Source: Mobula hypostoma
Taxonomy: Eukaryota
Direction: 5' to 3'
NCBI RefSeq assembly: GCF_963921235.1
Contig: NC_086114.1
Coordinates: forward strand, 61,566,001 to 61,630,000
DNA: 64,000 bases
Shown: positions 1 to 13,185 of the stretch, in pieces
Layout: each line of letters starts with the position of its first letter
Position numbering within the stretch: the first letter of the stretch is position 1
Program-made: the position numbers and the translations under genes
The notes under the pieces: generated by a model
Told to the model about the DNA's origin: nothing
Seen by the model: only the letters and a program-made list of their open reading frames with translations
Database searches by the model: none

Positions 1-56
1 GTAACATCTTAAAAATGTGAAGTAACAGTGTTGGCAATACAAGATTATCAAAGTAT

Positions 57-505
57 CACACATAGCCCTCTATTTTTCTAAGCTCCATGTACCCATCCAG
101 GAATCTCTTAAAAGACCCTATTGTATCCGTCTCCACCACTGTCGCTGGCAGCCCATTCCACACACTCACCACTCTCTGCATAAAAAACCTACCCCTGACA
201 TCTCCTCTGTACTTACTTCCAAGGACCTTAGAACTGTGCCCTCTCGGTGTTAGCCATTTCAGTCCTAGAAAAAAGCCTCTGACTATCCACATGATCAATG
301 CCTCTCATTATCTTGTACACCTCTATCAGGTCACCTCTCATCCTCTGTTGCTCCAGAGAGAAAAGGCCGAGTTCACTCAACCTATTCTCATAAGGCATGC
401 TCCCCAATCCAGGAAACATCCTTGTAAATCTCCTCTGCACCCTTTGTATGGTTTCCACATCCTTCCAGAACTGAGCACAGTACTCCAAGTGGGGTCTGAC
501 CAGGG
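57..505 (-). mobile_element. CR1 LINE 3' ORF2 fragment (same subfamily as 40206-43720 and 60910-63840)
   Basis: EYCAQFW...RVQRRFTRM...[13 protein letters not shown]...ELRKIEGY C-terminal CR1 ORF2 motifs. Confidence 0.85.
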
Positions 506-567
506 ATGATTAGACAAGTGGACTAAATCTCTAATTCAAGACGACTGATCTGAAGGGTCCCTAAATT

Positions 568-1500
568 TCATAGAACATAGAACAGACAACACAGGAACAG
601 GCTCTTTAGTCACAATGTTGTGCCAAACTGATTAAATTAGTAACAAAATGGCCAACTAAACTTCTCTCTTCCACCTATACACCCATATCCTTCCATTTCC
701 ATCACATCCATGTGCCTATCTAAACATCTCTTAAGAGTCCCTAATATGTCTGCCCCTCAGGCAGTGCATTCCAGGCACCCTCCACTCTCAGTGTAAAAAC
801 CTTGCCTCTCACATCTCCTTTGAACTTATCCCCACTCTCCTTAAATGCATGCTTCTGGTATTAGACACTTCAACCCTGGGAAAAATAAACTCTCTGTCTA
901 CTCTCTCTATGCTTCTTACAATCTTATAAAGTTCTATCAGATCTCCCCTCAGCATCCGTCACTGCAGAGAAAACAACCAAATCAACCTCTCATTGTAGCA
1001 CGTGCCCTCTAATCAAGGTAGCATCCTGGTAAACCTCTTCTGCACGCTCTCAAAACCTCGATATCCTTACTGTGATGGGGGTGACCAGAGTCCTGAACGC
1101 AATACTCTAGATGCGATCGAAAGCTGCAACATAACTTCCTGACTTTTGACCTCGGTGCCTCAACTAATAAAGGCAAGCATGCCATATGCCTTCTTAATCA
1201 TTCTATCACCCTTAATCACCCCATGTAGCCACTTTCAGGGATCTCAAGACCCCCTGCTCATCAACACTGTTAAGGGTCTTACCTTTAACAGTGTACTGTC
1301 TCTTCACATTTGACCTACCAAGGTGCAAAAACTTCTCATTTGTCCTGGTTAAGCTCCACCTATTTCTCTGTCCAAATCTGCAACTCATCTATATCTCACT
1401 GTATTCTTTGCCAGTCTTCTACACTATCCACAACACCATATGATTGGCAAACTTACTAACCTACCCATCTACATTTATATCCAGATCATTTATACACATC
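568..1500 (-). mobile_element. Old degraded CR1 LINE 3' fragment
   Basis: catagaacatagaaca tail and degraded RT C-terminal sequence similar to other CR1 copies here. Confidence 0.65.
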
Positions 1501-1593
1501 AGAAGTGTGAACTTAAATGTAAATTTTAAATTATATATATTCCAAAGCCAACCCAAAATAGCAGTGGTCAAGCTATACAAGTTAAAGATATTA

Positions 1594-1716
1594 TTTATTT
1601 TATTTGAATAATCAGAATGGTCGTTCATAATTCAATGTTCTGTAAACGTGACTAGTTGTAGTGTATTTGAGATCAGATAAAAAAGACAAAATTCAAATAC
1701 TCAGTTTTATTTTATT
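1594..1716 (-). terminator. Candidate polyadenylation signals of VPS13C 3'UTR (two overlapping AATAAA doublets)
   Basis: tttatt on + at 1706-1711/1711-1716 and 1594-1599/1599-1604, each followed on the - strand by U/GU-rich sequence. Confidence 0.55.
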
Positions 1717-1998
1717 TGCAATGTATTATATAAATTCAATTCGAGCAAATAGATCAATTTTGATAGTGCAAAAATGAGCATAAAATTATTGACTGAATTC
1801 CACAAAATACAGAGGCACAATGTACACTGATTTTGATACCAATCCATCTCTCTATGGATGGAAGAGAACACAGTATTAATACTTCTGAGAATTTGTATTT
1901 CATTAGAGTAAGAAAATAAAATTGCAGCGCAAATGAAAATGTAATAGAAAAGAAGTGGATATTAATCCCAGTGCAACACAGAGGCTGTGCAAAAAAAG

Positions 1999-2088
1999 TC
2001 AAGGTTTAGAAAACCTGAGCGATTTCTGTTTCACCAGACGTTGCTGTTGTCTTGCTAGTCGAGCTTCTTCAAGTGTATCAAATATCAT
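1999..2088 (-). CDS. VPS13C: VPS13C last coding exon MIFDTLEEARLARQQQRLVKQKSLRFSKP*
   Basis: ttgtttcag acceptor, 90 nt to TGA; RQQQ.L.KQ.S.R matches the VPS13C C-terminus. Confidence 0.92.
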   Translation of the reverse strand: MIFDTLEEARLARQQQRLVKQKSLRFSKP

Positions 2089-2298
2089 CTGAAACAACAC
2101 AAACACACTCATATTAAATTGTCCTTTTAAACTAGAGAAATTCAAGAATCAACACATAATTCATAGATGTATTGCAAAGTCAGAAGTTCAATTGTTAATC
2201 ATTTTAAAATACAACAATAAGAATGCTCTAGACGCAAGCTGTTATTTGACAATGTTTAAGAAATTTGAAGTTTCGAATTGCACACAAATAAATTAAAA

Positions 2299-3325
2299 GC
2301 AACACACAAAATGCTGGAGGAATTCAGTGGGTCAGGCAGCATCTGTGGAGAGAAATTTCCAGCCAAGACCCTTCATCAGAACTGAAAGAAAGATGGAAGA
2401 TAGCCCATGTAAAATGCTGGGGAGGAGTGGAGCAGGAGCTGGCAAGTGATTGGTGGATCCAGGTGAGGAGTGATAAGGTGTGGAATGAGAACAAGGTAAG
2501 AAGCTGTAAGGGTTGTAAGGGTGGAAGTGAAAAACAGTTGAAGAAGATAGAATCTGATAGAAGACGATGGTAGATCATGGAATAAAGGGAAAGTGATGGG
2601 GAGGGTTAATGGCTGGAGGAAGCTGTGGGCAATAGGCAGATGGAAAGGATAAGTAGAGGAAAGGTATCATGATGATGGGGATGGTGGGATAAAGGAAAAA
2701 AGGTAATGGACAGAGGAATTGGTTACTGGAAATTAGAGAAATCAATGTTGGAAACTGCCAAGGGGAATATGAGGTGCTGTTCCTCTAATCTGTGTCTGGC
2801 CTCAACTCAGCAGTGGACGAGGTTGTGGACCAACATGTTGGTGCGGGAATTGAAATGGCTGGCCACTGAAGATCCCAGCTGGCACAGCGAATGGAGCGAA
2901 GGTGTTCAGTGAAGCAGTCCTCCAGTCTGTGTTAGGTCTCACTGATGTAGAGGCTGCACTGGCAGCACTGAATGCAATGAATGACACTGATGGATTCGCT
3001 TGGGAAGGACAGCTTAGGGCCCTGAATGGTGGCAAGGGCCTCCTCCTCACCTTTATTCCACGGTCCCCACCTATCACCTCCCAGTGTGTTACATCAATCC
3101 CACTCTCTCCCCCTTCCACATTCATATCTACCCATCACCTGCCAGCTCTTGCTCCACCATTCTCTCCACCTTTTTACACCAGCTGTCTCCCCTCTTTCAT
3201 TCCAGTCCTGATGGCCTGAAATGTTGACTATCCATTTCCCTCCATAGGTGTTGACTGACACACTGAGCTCCTCCAGCATTGTGTATGTTGCTCCAGATTT
3301 CTGTAGTCTCTTGTCTCTCCTCAAA
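2299..3325 (-). mobile_element. Penelope-like element remnant with inverted terminal segment
   Basis: Minus-strand GIY-YIG remnant CIQCCQCSLYISET*HRLEDCFTEHLRS (~2895-2975); terminal repeat with decayed hammerhead on - (2352-2384) and inverted copy on + (3203-3230). Confidence 0.75.
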
Positions 3326-6314
3326 CAAATTTAATGTCCCTCTGTGAACATCTTGACTTCAGTATCTACATACTGCACTCCAGGTGACTTGCACAGTACA
3401 GGACAAACCAAAAAAGCTGCAGGGAAGTTCAGGGTATACTTCATTCTTGGTTGGTGCAACTGTAACGAAAACCAGTTTCCCTTGGGATCAATAAAGTATG
3501 ACTATGACTATGACTACTATAGGTTAACCATGAACCTTACTTGGACAGATCACAACCCTGTTACTGGACCAGTTTCATGGAATATCCCACCAAACACTTT
3601 CTGGGTACACATATCCGGGTGCTAAAGGTCCATTAGACACCCTTCATGAGGAGTTCCAAACATCAAAACTGGCAGCATCACCTATAACCCCGAAACATTC
3701 CTTCCTAAATAACCACGATAGTTGTGATTTTTTGAAGATTACAATTTTTAAAAATTCTATTTGAGAATTGATCCAAGTCTGAGCACATCACTGTTGTTAA
3801 CGTCATACTCTCTGAAATGAGTACAGATAAACGATCGAAAAGAAATCCACAGTGCAGTGCTGTAGATTGTAATGCTGCTGTTCAAAGGGACCAACTCCAA
3901 ACCTGTACAGAGCTCGTGTCAGAAGGCACACAGCGTAGAACTTGCAGTAAATGATCGGGGTAAGCAAGGAGTATGAAAAGAAATTTCACTCATTCACTTT
4001 ATCCAGCCAACTCCATTGTGCCTCAGACCCAGGAGACAGTTTCCCAATTAGAACCAACGAAGCCATTCAAATATTAAGAACATAACAGAGAAAAAGAACC
4101 ATATTGCCCGTCAAGCCTCCCATTCCATTCAACAAGCTCAGAGGAAATGATGACCTTCGAACCAGACCAGACAAACATGGCACAGGAGGATGTTCTCAGT
4201 GGCTGGAGGCAAGTCCCCAACTGCCAATCACAACCTCAGCAAACAGAGATCAGGAGAAATTACTTCAACCTGTAGCATAGGAACCTGTGGAAGCCAAGCC
4301 ATTTAACATAGTGAAACATTTTTCTACCAAAGGGATTCCAGAATAAGGTGATGGTGGGGTAGGTATGGGAGGTGGTTATCAGCCATGGCACTGCTGCCTG
4401 GTGGAGCAGGTCTGAAAGGACTGCTCTACTCTCATTTTCTGTTTTATCTCATCACCACTCTGTTGCCTAATCCCCACATCAACTCAGGCCTTTCATTTCT
4501 AGAAACCCTATTGGATTGGAATTGGTGACTAAGTCCCCTGAGGATGAAAATTCCTAACATTCACTGCTCTGCATCAAGGCATCACCCCTGGTTTCCATTT
4601 CAAAGGCCAACTCTTCATGTTGAGATTGTGGCCCATGATTCAAGATTTCAGTGAGAGAAACACCTTCCCTGTTGAGCCTCCTCAGTTTCAGTAAGTGCCA
4701 TGTTATTTTAAACCGGAGAGAGTACAGGTCTGGCATTTTCAGTATCTCCTCATGTGACAGATGTACCATTTCTGGTGAACTTTTGCTACTCTCCCTTCAT
4801 TACAAGTGTATCTTTTTCAGGTAAGGAGACCCATACAGTACACAATACTGCCAGAATGGTCTCACCAGAACCCCACACAACTGTAGTAAGACACCTCCTG
4901 TACTCAAGTGCAAGTATTTTCTTTTACACAGCATGGTGAGAGCCTGGAATGCACTGCCGGGGGGGTGGGGGGGGGTGGTAGAGGTAGATGGCATAAGAGA
5001 CTCTTAGTTCAGCACATGATATGGACAGAAGTGGGGGGCGGGGGGCTATAGCCAATGTGCAGGGATGAAGGATTAGATTAACGGGAGTCTAAATGGTTTA
5101 ATTAGTTTCAGAAAACATCAAGGGCTGAATGGCCTGGCCTGTCCTGTGCTGTACTACGTTCAGTGTTAACTCTGTACTCAAGTGAAGGCCAAAATACGAT
5201 CTGCCCTTACAACTGCCTGCTCCACCTACATGTTAACTTTCAGTGACTTTGAAGCTCAACACTGCCCAAACTCTCACAAACACTATGCCTTCTGTCAAGT
5301 GCACAGTGGATAACCAGACTAATTCTCCACATTATACTCCACCCGCCACACTCTTTCTCCTTCTCTCAGCTTGTCTGTATCCCCTTGAAGCCCCTTTACC
5401 TCCTCCTCTGCACTCACAGCCCACCCAGTTTACTATCATCAGCAAACTTGGAAATTTAACTTTTCACTGATCAGCCAAATCACCGACAGAAATGTTAAAC
5501 AGCTGTGGCCCAAGCACTGACACCAGGATTTCCCTGCTGGTCACTCTGACAATTGCTCCTACCCTTTCTCAACCTGGCTAAAGGATCAAGGATCAACTTT
5601 ATTCCTCCATATGGGTACATTTATATGTAGGAATTTGCTGTGGTGTATTGTCAGGGCACGGCATGCAACAAAACCATTTAACAATGATAAAGAATAAAGA
5701 ATTATATAAAAATACACCACGGGTTAGAACTGAGCTAGAAATACTGGCAGCAAGTCACCAGTGTACATTGTGAGCAGATGAGACTGAAGCACTGATCACT
5801 GTAGTGCCCTTCTGACCTCTGATCACAGCAGGACACTTTGGAAGAATCGTCAATTCCCGGTCTCCAATTCCTGCCTGTAAACTAGTTTACAATCCAGGTC
5901 GGTATATTTCCCCAATTCCACATTAGCCTCATGTGCGCCTTTAATAAAGGCCAAAGAGCCAGAAGTGAAATGCGGATGTTTTTAAGTAGCATGTTTGGGA
6001 CTGGTATACGTTGCCGGAGTAGATAGGGAAGCTGATGCAATTCTATTGGTTCAGAAGGCAGCTGGATCACTCCTGGGGGGAAGGAATTTACAGGACCATG
6101 GGAGAGGGCAGGACGTGCGATTATTTGGAATGCTCTTACACAGATCTCACTGCAGCCTCCCGTTGTGTAACCACTCTGTGAAGAAGAACATTAATTGGAT
6201 CTTGTGCAGTCCCACCAGCAGAGGGAGTGTGTCACTGTAACACAATAAACTTACAATGATCTTGAATGTGGCTGAAATCTGCATGGGGGAATCAGCAAGA
6301 AATCAGAGTGGGCC

Positions 6315-6970
6315 AGAACAGAACAAACAGAAACAGGCCCTTCAGCCCACCGTGTCCATGCTGATCCTTTTGCCCATCTACTTGAACCCAATTGCCTACA
6401 TTACAATAGTATACTTAAATACCTTGCATGTTTAAGTGTCTGTCTAAATGTCTCTTAAATGTAGTAATTGTAAGCATGTGTGTCACCTTCTCTGACAGCA
6501 CATTCTTGACATCAACCACTCTGTGTGTGAAAAGAAATTCATCCCTCAGGTTCCCTATAAATCTCCTACCACTCACCTTAAATCTCTGCCCTCTGTAGTT
6601 TTTGATAACCCTTATGCCCTTATGATGGGAAAAAGATTTTAACTATTCACCCTATCCATATCTCTCCTAGACACGTAATTCCATCAGATCACTCCCTCCC
6701 ACCCCCCCCCCACCGAGTCTCCTTCACCCCAGGGAAAACAGTCTATCCAATCTCTCCATGGAGCTAATGTCCTCCAATCCAGGTAAATCTCCTCTTCATT
6801 CTCTCCAACATAACCACATCCTTCCTAAAGCGTAGTGACAGGAACTGAACAGAACATTCCAGTGAGAGCTCATAAGTATTTTATAAACATGCAAATTACT
6901 GCCCCAACTCCTATATTCTAAAATACACCCATTAAGACAAGTGTGCCATGTACTTTCTTCACTACCATGT
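6315..6970 (-). mobile_element. Degraded CR1 3' fragment
   Basis: agaacagaac tail, ggcccttcagccc 3'UTR motif, decayed RT C-terminus. Confidence 0.6.
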
Positions 6971-7026
6971 CAACTGTGAAAAACCCAGTTCAAAGCAAAT
7001 TCATTATCAAAGTACATATATATGTG

Positions 7027-7866
7027 CAGTACTGCGCAAAAGTCATAAGCACACATATATAGCTAAGGTGCCTAAGACATTTGCAAAGTACTGTTGCAAT
7101 TTTCTGTATTGCACTGTACTGCTGCCGCAAAAAAATATTCATGGCATAGCTGAGTGATGGTAAATCTGAATCTGATAGATAGGGGTCTCTACCATGGACT
7201 GAGAGTGGGAAAAAAGCAGGGAGAAGGGAATCATAGTTGGGAAAAGTGGACGGGGAGAGCATGGGAGCAGCACAGAGTCATTCTGTTTTGGAAAAATAAA
7301 CCAATTGCTTGGAATCAAATAACCTTGTCTGGTGTCTCAGGGCTGGTGCCACCCGTGTCACCTCCTACCCTCTGGCACTCCTTCTCTGCCACCTGTCCCA
7401 CAGCGCTCTACCCTTGCCATTCCCAACATCCTTTGCTCCTGTCAGATTTACAAACAAGCTTCATGTTCACAAATACAGTATAGTGCAAAAGTCTTTTAAG
7501 GCATCCGTTAGTCTTACGAGACCATGGATCTGTGCCTGGAAAGTCTTCACTCTCCAGGACGCAGGCCTGGGCAAGGTTGTATGGAAGACCAGCAGTTGCC
7601 CATGCTGCAAGTCTCTCCTCTCCATGACACCGATGTTGTCCAAGGGAAGGGCATTAGGACCCATACAGCTTGGCATCGATGTTGTCGCAGAGCAATGTGT
7701 GATTAAGTGCCTCGCTCAAGGACACAACACGTTGCCTCGGCTGGGGCTCGAGCTCATGACCTTCAGGTCGCTAGCCCAATGCCTTAACCACTTGGCCACA
7801 TGCCCACACAAAAAGTCTTAGGCACCCTAGATATACATATGTGTCTAAGACTTTGGCACTGTACTG
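7027..7866. mobile_element. Non-autonomous Tc1/mariner-type MITE with hairpin ends, interrupted by a SINE
   Basis: Terminal palindromes cagtactgtgcaaaagtc...gacttttgcacagtactg at both ends; second copy inverted at 28523-29025. Confidence 0.7.
7499..7809 (-). mobile_element. tRNA-derived SINE
   Basis: Minus strand begins gtgggcatgTGGCCAAGTGGttaagg (A box)...gagctcgagcc (B-box-like); flanked by aaaagtctt duplication. Confidence 0.75.
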
Positions 7867-10316
7867 TATCACCATATACAACTCTGAGGTTCTTCTCCTT
7901 GTGGGCATACACAGTAAATCCAAGAAATACAATAGAATCAATGAAAAACCGCACCCAACAGGATGGACAAAGAACCAATGTGCAAATACAATAAATATTG
8001 AGAACATGAGATGAAGAGACCCTGAAAGTGGGTCCATAGGTTCTGGAAACAGTTCAGTGATGGGGCGAGTGAAGTGAACTCCTCTGGTTTAAAAGCCTGA
8101 TGGTTGAGGGGTCATAACTGTTCCTGATCTTGGTGGTGTGGGTCCTGGGACTCCTGTACTTTCTTCCTGATAGCAGCAGCGAGAAGCGAGTATGGCCTGG
8201 GTGGTGGGAGTTTTTCATGATGGATGCTACTTTCCTGCAATTGCGCTCCAGGTAGACGTGCTTTACCTGTGATGGAGTGGGCCGTATCCATTACTTTTAG
8301 TAGGTTTTCTGTTCAAGGCCATTGGTGTTTCCATACCAGGCTGTGATGCAACCAGTCAATATACTCTCCACCACACATCTATGAGAATTTGTCAAAGTTT
8401 TAGATGTCATGCCGAATCTTCACAAATCTCTAAGGAAGCAGAGGCACTGCAGAGCTTTCTTTGTAATTGCACATGTGCTGGGCCCAGGATATATCCTCTG
8501 AAATGATAACACTGAAGAATTTAAAGTTGCTAACCCTCTCCTCTTCTGATCCTCAAATGAGGACTGTCTCATCAACCATCCGTTTCCTTCTCCCGGAGTC
8601 TATAATCAGCTCTTTGGTCTTGCTGACATTGAGTAAGAGGTTGCTGTTATGACACTACTCAGCCTGATTTACAATCTCTCTCTTATATGCTGTTTAATCA
8701 CCAACTTTGATTCGGCCTATGACAGTGGTGTTGTCAGCAAATTTAGATATGGCATTGAAGCTGTGCACTGTACACTTAGTCATAAGTACACTGCAAATAG
8801 AGCAGGAGTCTAAGTACACAGCCTTGTAGTGCACCTGTGCTGATGAAGATTGTGGAGATGTTGCCAATCCAAACTGACTGGGGTCTGCAAATGAGGGATT
8901 CGAGGATGCAGTTGCACAAGGAGGTATTGACGGTTAATGATTAGCTTTGAAGGGGATGATAGTATTGAATGCCAAGCTGTAGTTGACAAGAAGCATCCTG
9001 ATGTATACATCTTTGTTCTCCAGACGTTCCAGGGTTCAGCGAAGAGCCAATCAAATAGCATCTACTGTGGACTGGTGCCAGTAGGCAAACTGAAGCTAAT
9101 CCAAGTTGTCTGTCAGGCAGGAGTTGGTATGTTTCATCAACGAGCTCTCAAAGCACTTTGTCATTGAGCTCATCTGGGAGCGAAGCCTCGTTATCACCTA
9201 TGTTGCCTGCTTTCACTTTGTAAGAGGTGACAGCATTGAAGCCCTGCCACAGCTGTCAAGCATCCTTCAGTGATTCGAGTTTGGCCCAGAATTGTCACTT
9301 CACACATGAGGTGGCTTTCTGGAGATCTCGTATCTTATTTGTTCATCATTATTGAATGGCAGTGATCTGGTCCTCAGCAGATTGTGGATCTCATTGTTCA
9401 TCCAGAGCTTCTGTTCAGGGAAGACTCTAAATGATTTTGTGGGGACACACTCATTTACGACTGCTTTTATAAAGCACATAACAACTGCGGTGTATTCATT
9501 CATATCCTCTGATGAGTCCTTCAACACAGTCCAGCCCACCAACTCGAAGCAATCCCGTAGACACTCCTCTGTCTCCCTTGACCATCTCTATGTTGTCTTT
9601 ATATCAGGAACCCTGCTCTTTAGCCTCTGCCTGTATGCAGAGAGGAAAAGGACAGTCAAGTAATCTGATTCCCAAATGCAGTCTAGGCATGGAATGGTAG
9701 CAGTGATCGAGTGTGTTGGGACTCCTGGTGCTGTCGCTTATATGCTGTTGATAATTGGGCAGGGATTTCTTCAAACAAGGCTGATTGAAGCCCTGAACTA
9801 TGATATGAAATGTGTTGGGATAGGCTGTTTCTTGTTTGGTGATGGCAGCATTCAATACCTCGAGTGCCTGATTAATGTCGGCTTTTGGCAGTATTTAAAC
9901 TGCAGTCAGAATCATGGAGGAGAACTCTCTTGGTAAATAGAATGGTCAGCACTTAATCATTATATGTTCCAGGTCAGGGGAACAATGGTAAAAGACCACC
10001 AAATCCAAGCACCACAGACCCTCATCCTTTCCTTTTTCTGAATCAGCAGTCTGATCTATCCAGTGTATCAAGAAGCCTTGAGATCTTACCAACGCATCTG
10101 GGGTGAGCCATGTCTCCGTGAAACACAGAACACAACAATTCCCCATTGTCCTCCAATACAGCAATTTTGCCCTTAGGTCCTCAATCTTACTTAAACTAGA
10201 AACTCATTTAAGATTGGAACATGGCTGGGTATACACAGTAACTAATAAAGATATCTTCCAAAAACAAATTGCACTAACATAACATGTCAAATCTCTGTTG
10301 AGATGAAAATATTTAC

Positions 10317-10406
10317 CTGAGCCATATTCTCATCCTGGAGAGCCACTTTCTTCACAAAGCTTTCAGTCTCACTTTTTGCGCTTGTAAAACTGATTAATGT
10401 TTGATC
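10317..10406 (-). CDS. VPS13C: VPS13C coding exon DQTLISFTSAKSETESFVKKVALQDENMAQ
   Basis: ttttacag acceptor, 90 nt, gtaaat donor; resembles human EQGLF...VRKVYLKDTATAE (recalled). Confidence 0.85.
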
Positions 10407-10849
10407 CTGTAAAACCACCCAAATACATCATTGTCATTGTTAATGTTGGTTCCATTTTTGTACATTTCTCATGGAAATATTTCAGATCTGTATTTTAAAT
10501 GGACTGACATGCCACAGCTGAGATAGTGGAAGAGCAGATAATGCACAGCAGGAAGATAGTCCCTGATAACCAGACCTCCAGTTCTGGGACCAGCAAATGG
10601 ATTATGGGTACATAGAGCTCTAAACCTTGTCAGAGGAAGTAAAAGGGAACAGGTAAGATCCTCCTTCTTTCATAAAACAAACTCCAGATTTCTCATACTG
10701 ACAAGGCCACATTTTGTCACTGACTGTCTACAATTCCTACTGAACAATGATTAATACTTCAATGTGCTTTATTTCACTGGCTGATTTTGGAAGTTGGTGA
10801 CTCCATTTAAATAACATAAGTCAAGATTGTGCAATTAACTTGCTGATCA

Positions 10850-11390
10850 GACCATAAGATATAGGAACAGAATTAGGCTATTGGTCCCATTGAGTCTGCT
10901 CCACCATTCAATCATGGCTTTTGTTTTAATCTTCTTCTCCACTTCTTCCCATAACCCTTAACCCCTTCACCAATCAAGAATCTATCATAGAGTCACCACC
11001 CTCTGGTTGAAAAAATGTCTTGTCATTTCTGTTTTGAAAGGACATCCCTTTATTCTAAAGCTGTGCCCTTGGATCCTTGATGTTCCTATTGGTGATAATG
11101 TCCTCTCCATGTCTACTCTATCCAGGCCTTTCAGTATCCAGTAGGTACCAATGAGATCCCTTTTCATCCTTTTGAGCCCTGTCAAGCACAGACCCAGAGG
11201 CATCAAACACTCCTCATACATTAAGTGTTTAATTTCTGGGATCATTCTTGTGAACTTTCTCTGGAACCTCCCCAGGGTCAGCACATCACTTTCTAGATAT
11301 GGGGCCTAAAGTTGCTCACAATATTCCAAATGTGGTCTGACCAATACCTTAGGAAGCCTCGACAGTACACCCTTGGTTTTATATTCTACA
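10850..11390 (-). mobile_element. CR1 LINE 3' fragment
   Basis: ORF 10985..11284 QRKFTRMIP...ILKGLDRVD...FFNQRVV; ccataagatatagg tail. Confidence 0.8.
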
Positions 11391-11757
11391 TATACTCATC
11401 TTGTAACTTAGACAGACCACTGTTCTAATTCTCACACAGATGAACCATTCATAGCGGCATATATTTTTTGATTCTTTATGTATTCTTGCAGGAAAGATTA
11501 AAAAAAAAGTTCAAAGACTTCTCTATTTATGATGAAAGCTCTCAATTAAATTTTAAATCACAAGACTTGAAAAGTTCTGACCAGGAACACTGGAGGCCTA
11601 TGTTTACTTTGAAAAGACAATGGCCCCTTGATTGTCACTTATTAAAATTCACTTAGCATCATAATTAACAATGTAATATCATGTAAAGGATGTTAATTCA
11701 TGCTTCCATCAAACATCAAGTGATGCCACATAAAGATCCAGTATCCCACACACGTAC

Positions 11758-11878
11758 CTTGATATACAAGCTCAGTACATTCCCTTCCAAAGTTGGTGGT
11801 TGAATAAACTCATCAAATACATAATTCCAATCACAACCAAGATGGCAGAGAATCTCATCGGATGCGCAGATCACTCTC
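11758..11878 (-). CDS. VPS13C: VPS13C coding exon (R)RVICASDEILCHLGCDWNYVFDEFIQPPTLEGNVLSLYIK
   Basis: ttcttttag acceptor, 121 nt, gtacgt donor; DW..F..F..PP pattern conserved; phases fit. Confidence 0.92.
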
Positions 11879-13185
11879 CTAAAAGAACAAAGTATTTGAA
11901 AACAAGAGGAGAAGAGGTCACTGCATATGTGGAGTCAAGGACTCACACCAGTTGACAGTTGTTAAATATTTGGGGTTTCATTTATTCTAATAATTGTCAC
12001 TTATAGTAGTTTTATAAAAATGAATTATTACCAATTTTCTAAAAGCTCAAGTGTATATTTAATCATAAAATTAAATTTAAACTTATTTTATCCAATATGA
12101 ACTTAATAAATTAAGCTATATTTATTTTTTTAACTCAAGTTGCAGGCACTGTACAACAGTAAATACCCTCAACTTGACACTTTTTCCAGTCTCTGTGTTC
12201 TTAATGTTTAATTTCAGTAGTGTGTGCCTCACTGGTGCTGACAAATTTGTAAATAATGCTCTTACATTTTTCCTTCAAACAGGCTTAGTTATTCTTCACC
12301 AAACAGTTAATAATTTCTGGCTTTCTGACATAGATCTATAAAAAACCTTGGAGCTACGTTCAGAATGGTGCTCTAATGAGTGTAGAATCAGCTCTTCAGA
12401 CAAGTGCTACCTTTTCTAACAAGCTATTAACTTAGTCCCATAACTTGAAATGCTCCTGCAGTTCCCTTCAGAAAGATATCACTAAACCAACTTCCATTCC
12501 CTTTAAGAAAGTACTTCTAATTCACAATTCATTACTTAACCCCTCTTTCTTCATAAGGCAAAATGGCATGAGCCATTTCCTTCCACACTTCGATCTTGAC
12601 TGCAGACTGGTGTTGCTGTAACTACTGCTGAAATGGAATTCCCATTCTCAAAGCCTCCGGATCAGTTAAATCCCTGAGACAGTTGAAAATTAGCTTGAAG
12701 TTTTGAGGTGCAGCTGCTGCCAAACGTGCTTTTGACTTTGTATGATGAGTTCAAAGAACAAACACATTAAACACAAACTGCAAATCAGTAAGAAATGAGT
12801 CCATGTTGTCCAAGCTCTTCCAGCACCAGAACCAGGAAAACAGAGGGAAGGGCCAGGAACAAAATTGATAAGATTGAAGATGGACATTAAAGCAGGAAGG
12901 AATGAAACTAAGTTTCAAAAAGCTGTTATTAGCCACAAAGACATACAGCTCCCTTGTCCAACCCTATTCTAAAATCCGCTCTGCCACTACCAACAATGAT
13001 CCATGAACAGCCTTCCTGACTATAAACACTAGAAATTCTGTGACTGTAATCAAACAAGGACAGGCTGTTGGTGAAGCTACAAGAAATTATATTCTGTAGC
13101 AGAAAATCCTGGGAATAGCAGAGATTGTTTCCTGTAGCTGTGAACATCACATGAAAGGATATTAAGTGAGCGAAAGGGAAATATA

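Larger units (their letters stand above)
6988..10190 (-). mobile_element. Degraded Rex1/Babar-clade LINE (APE + RT remnants), 3'UTR interrupted by a MITE
   Basis: CCVLCFTETWL (APE), TLDHCY, KLWMNNEIH.LLR.R and RT remnants in the ORF track; 3'UTR resumes after 7867. Confidence 0.75.

Noticed and set aside
4530-4560. CTGAGGA-T-GAAA as a hammerhead
   Set aside because: No room for helix II and no helix I pairing
7735-7809. tRNA gene
   Set aside because: SINE head with a body, tail and TSD; no complete cloverleaf or terminator
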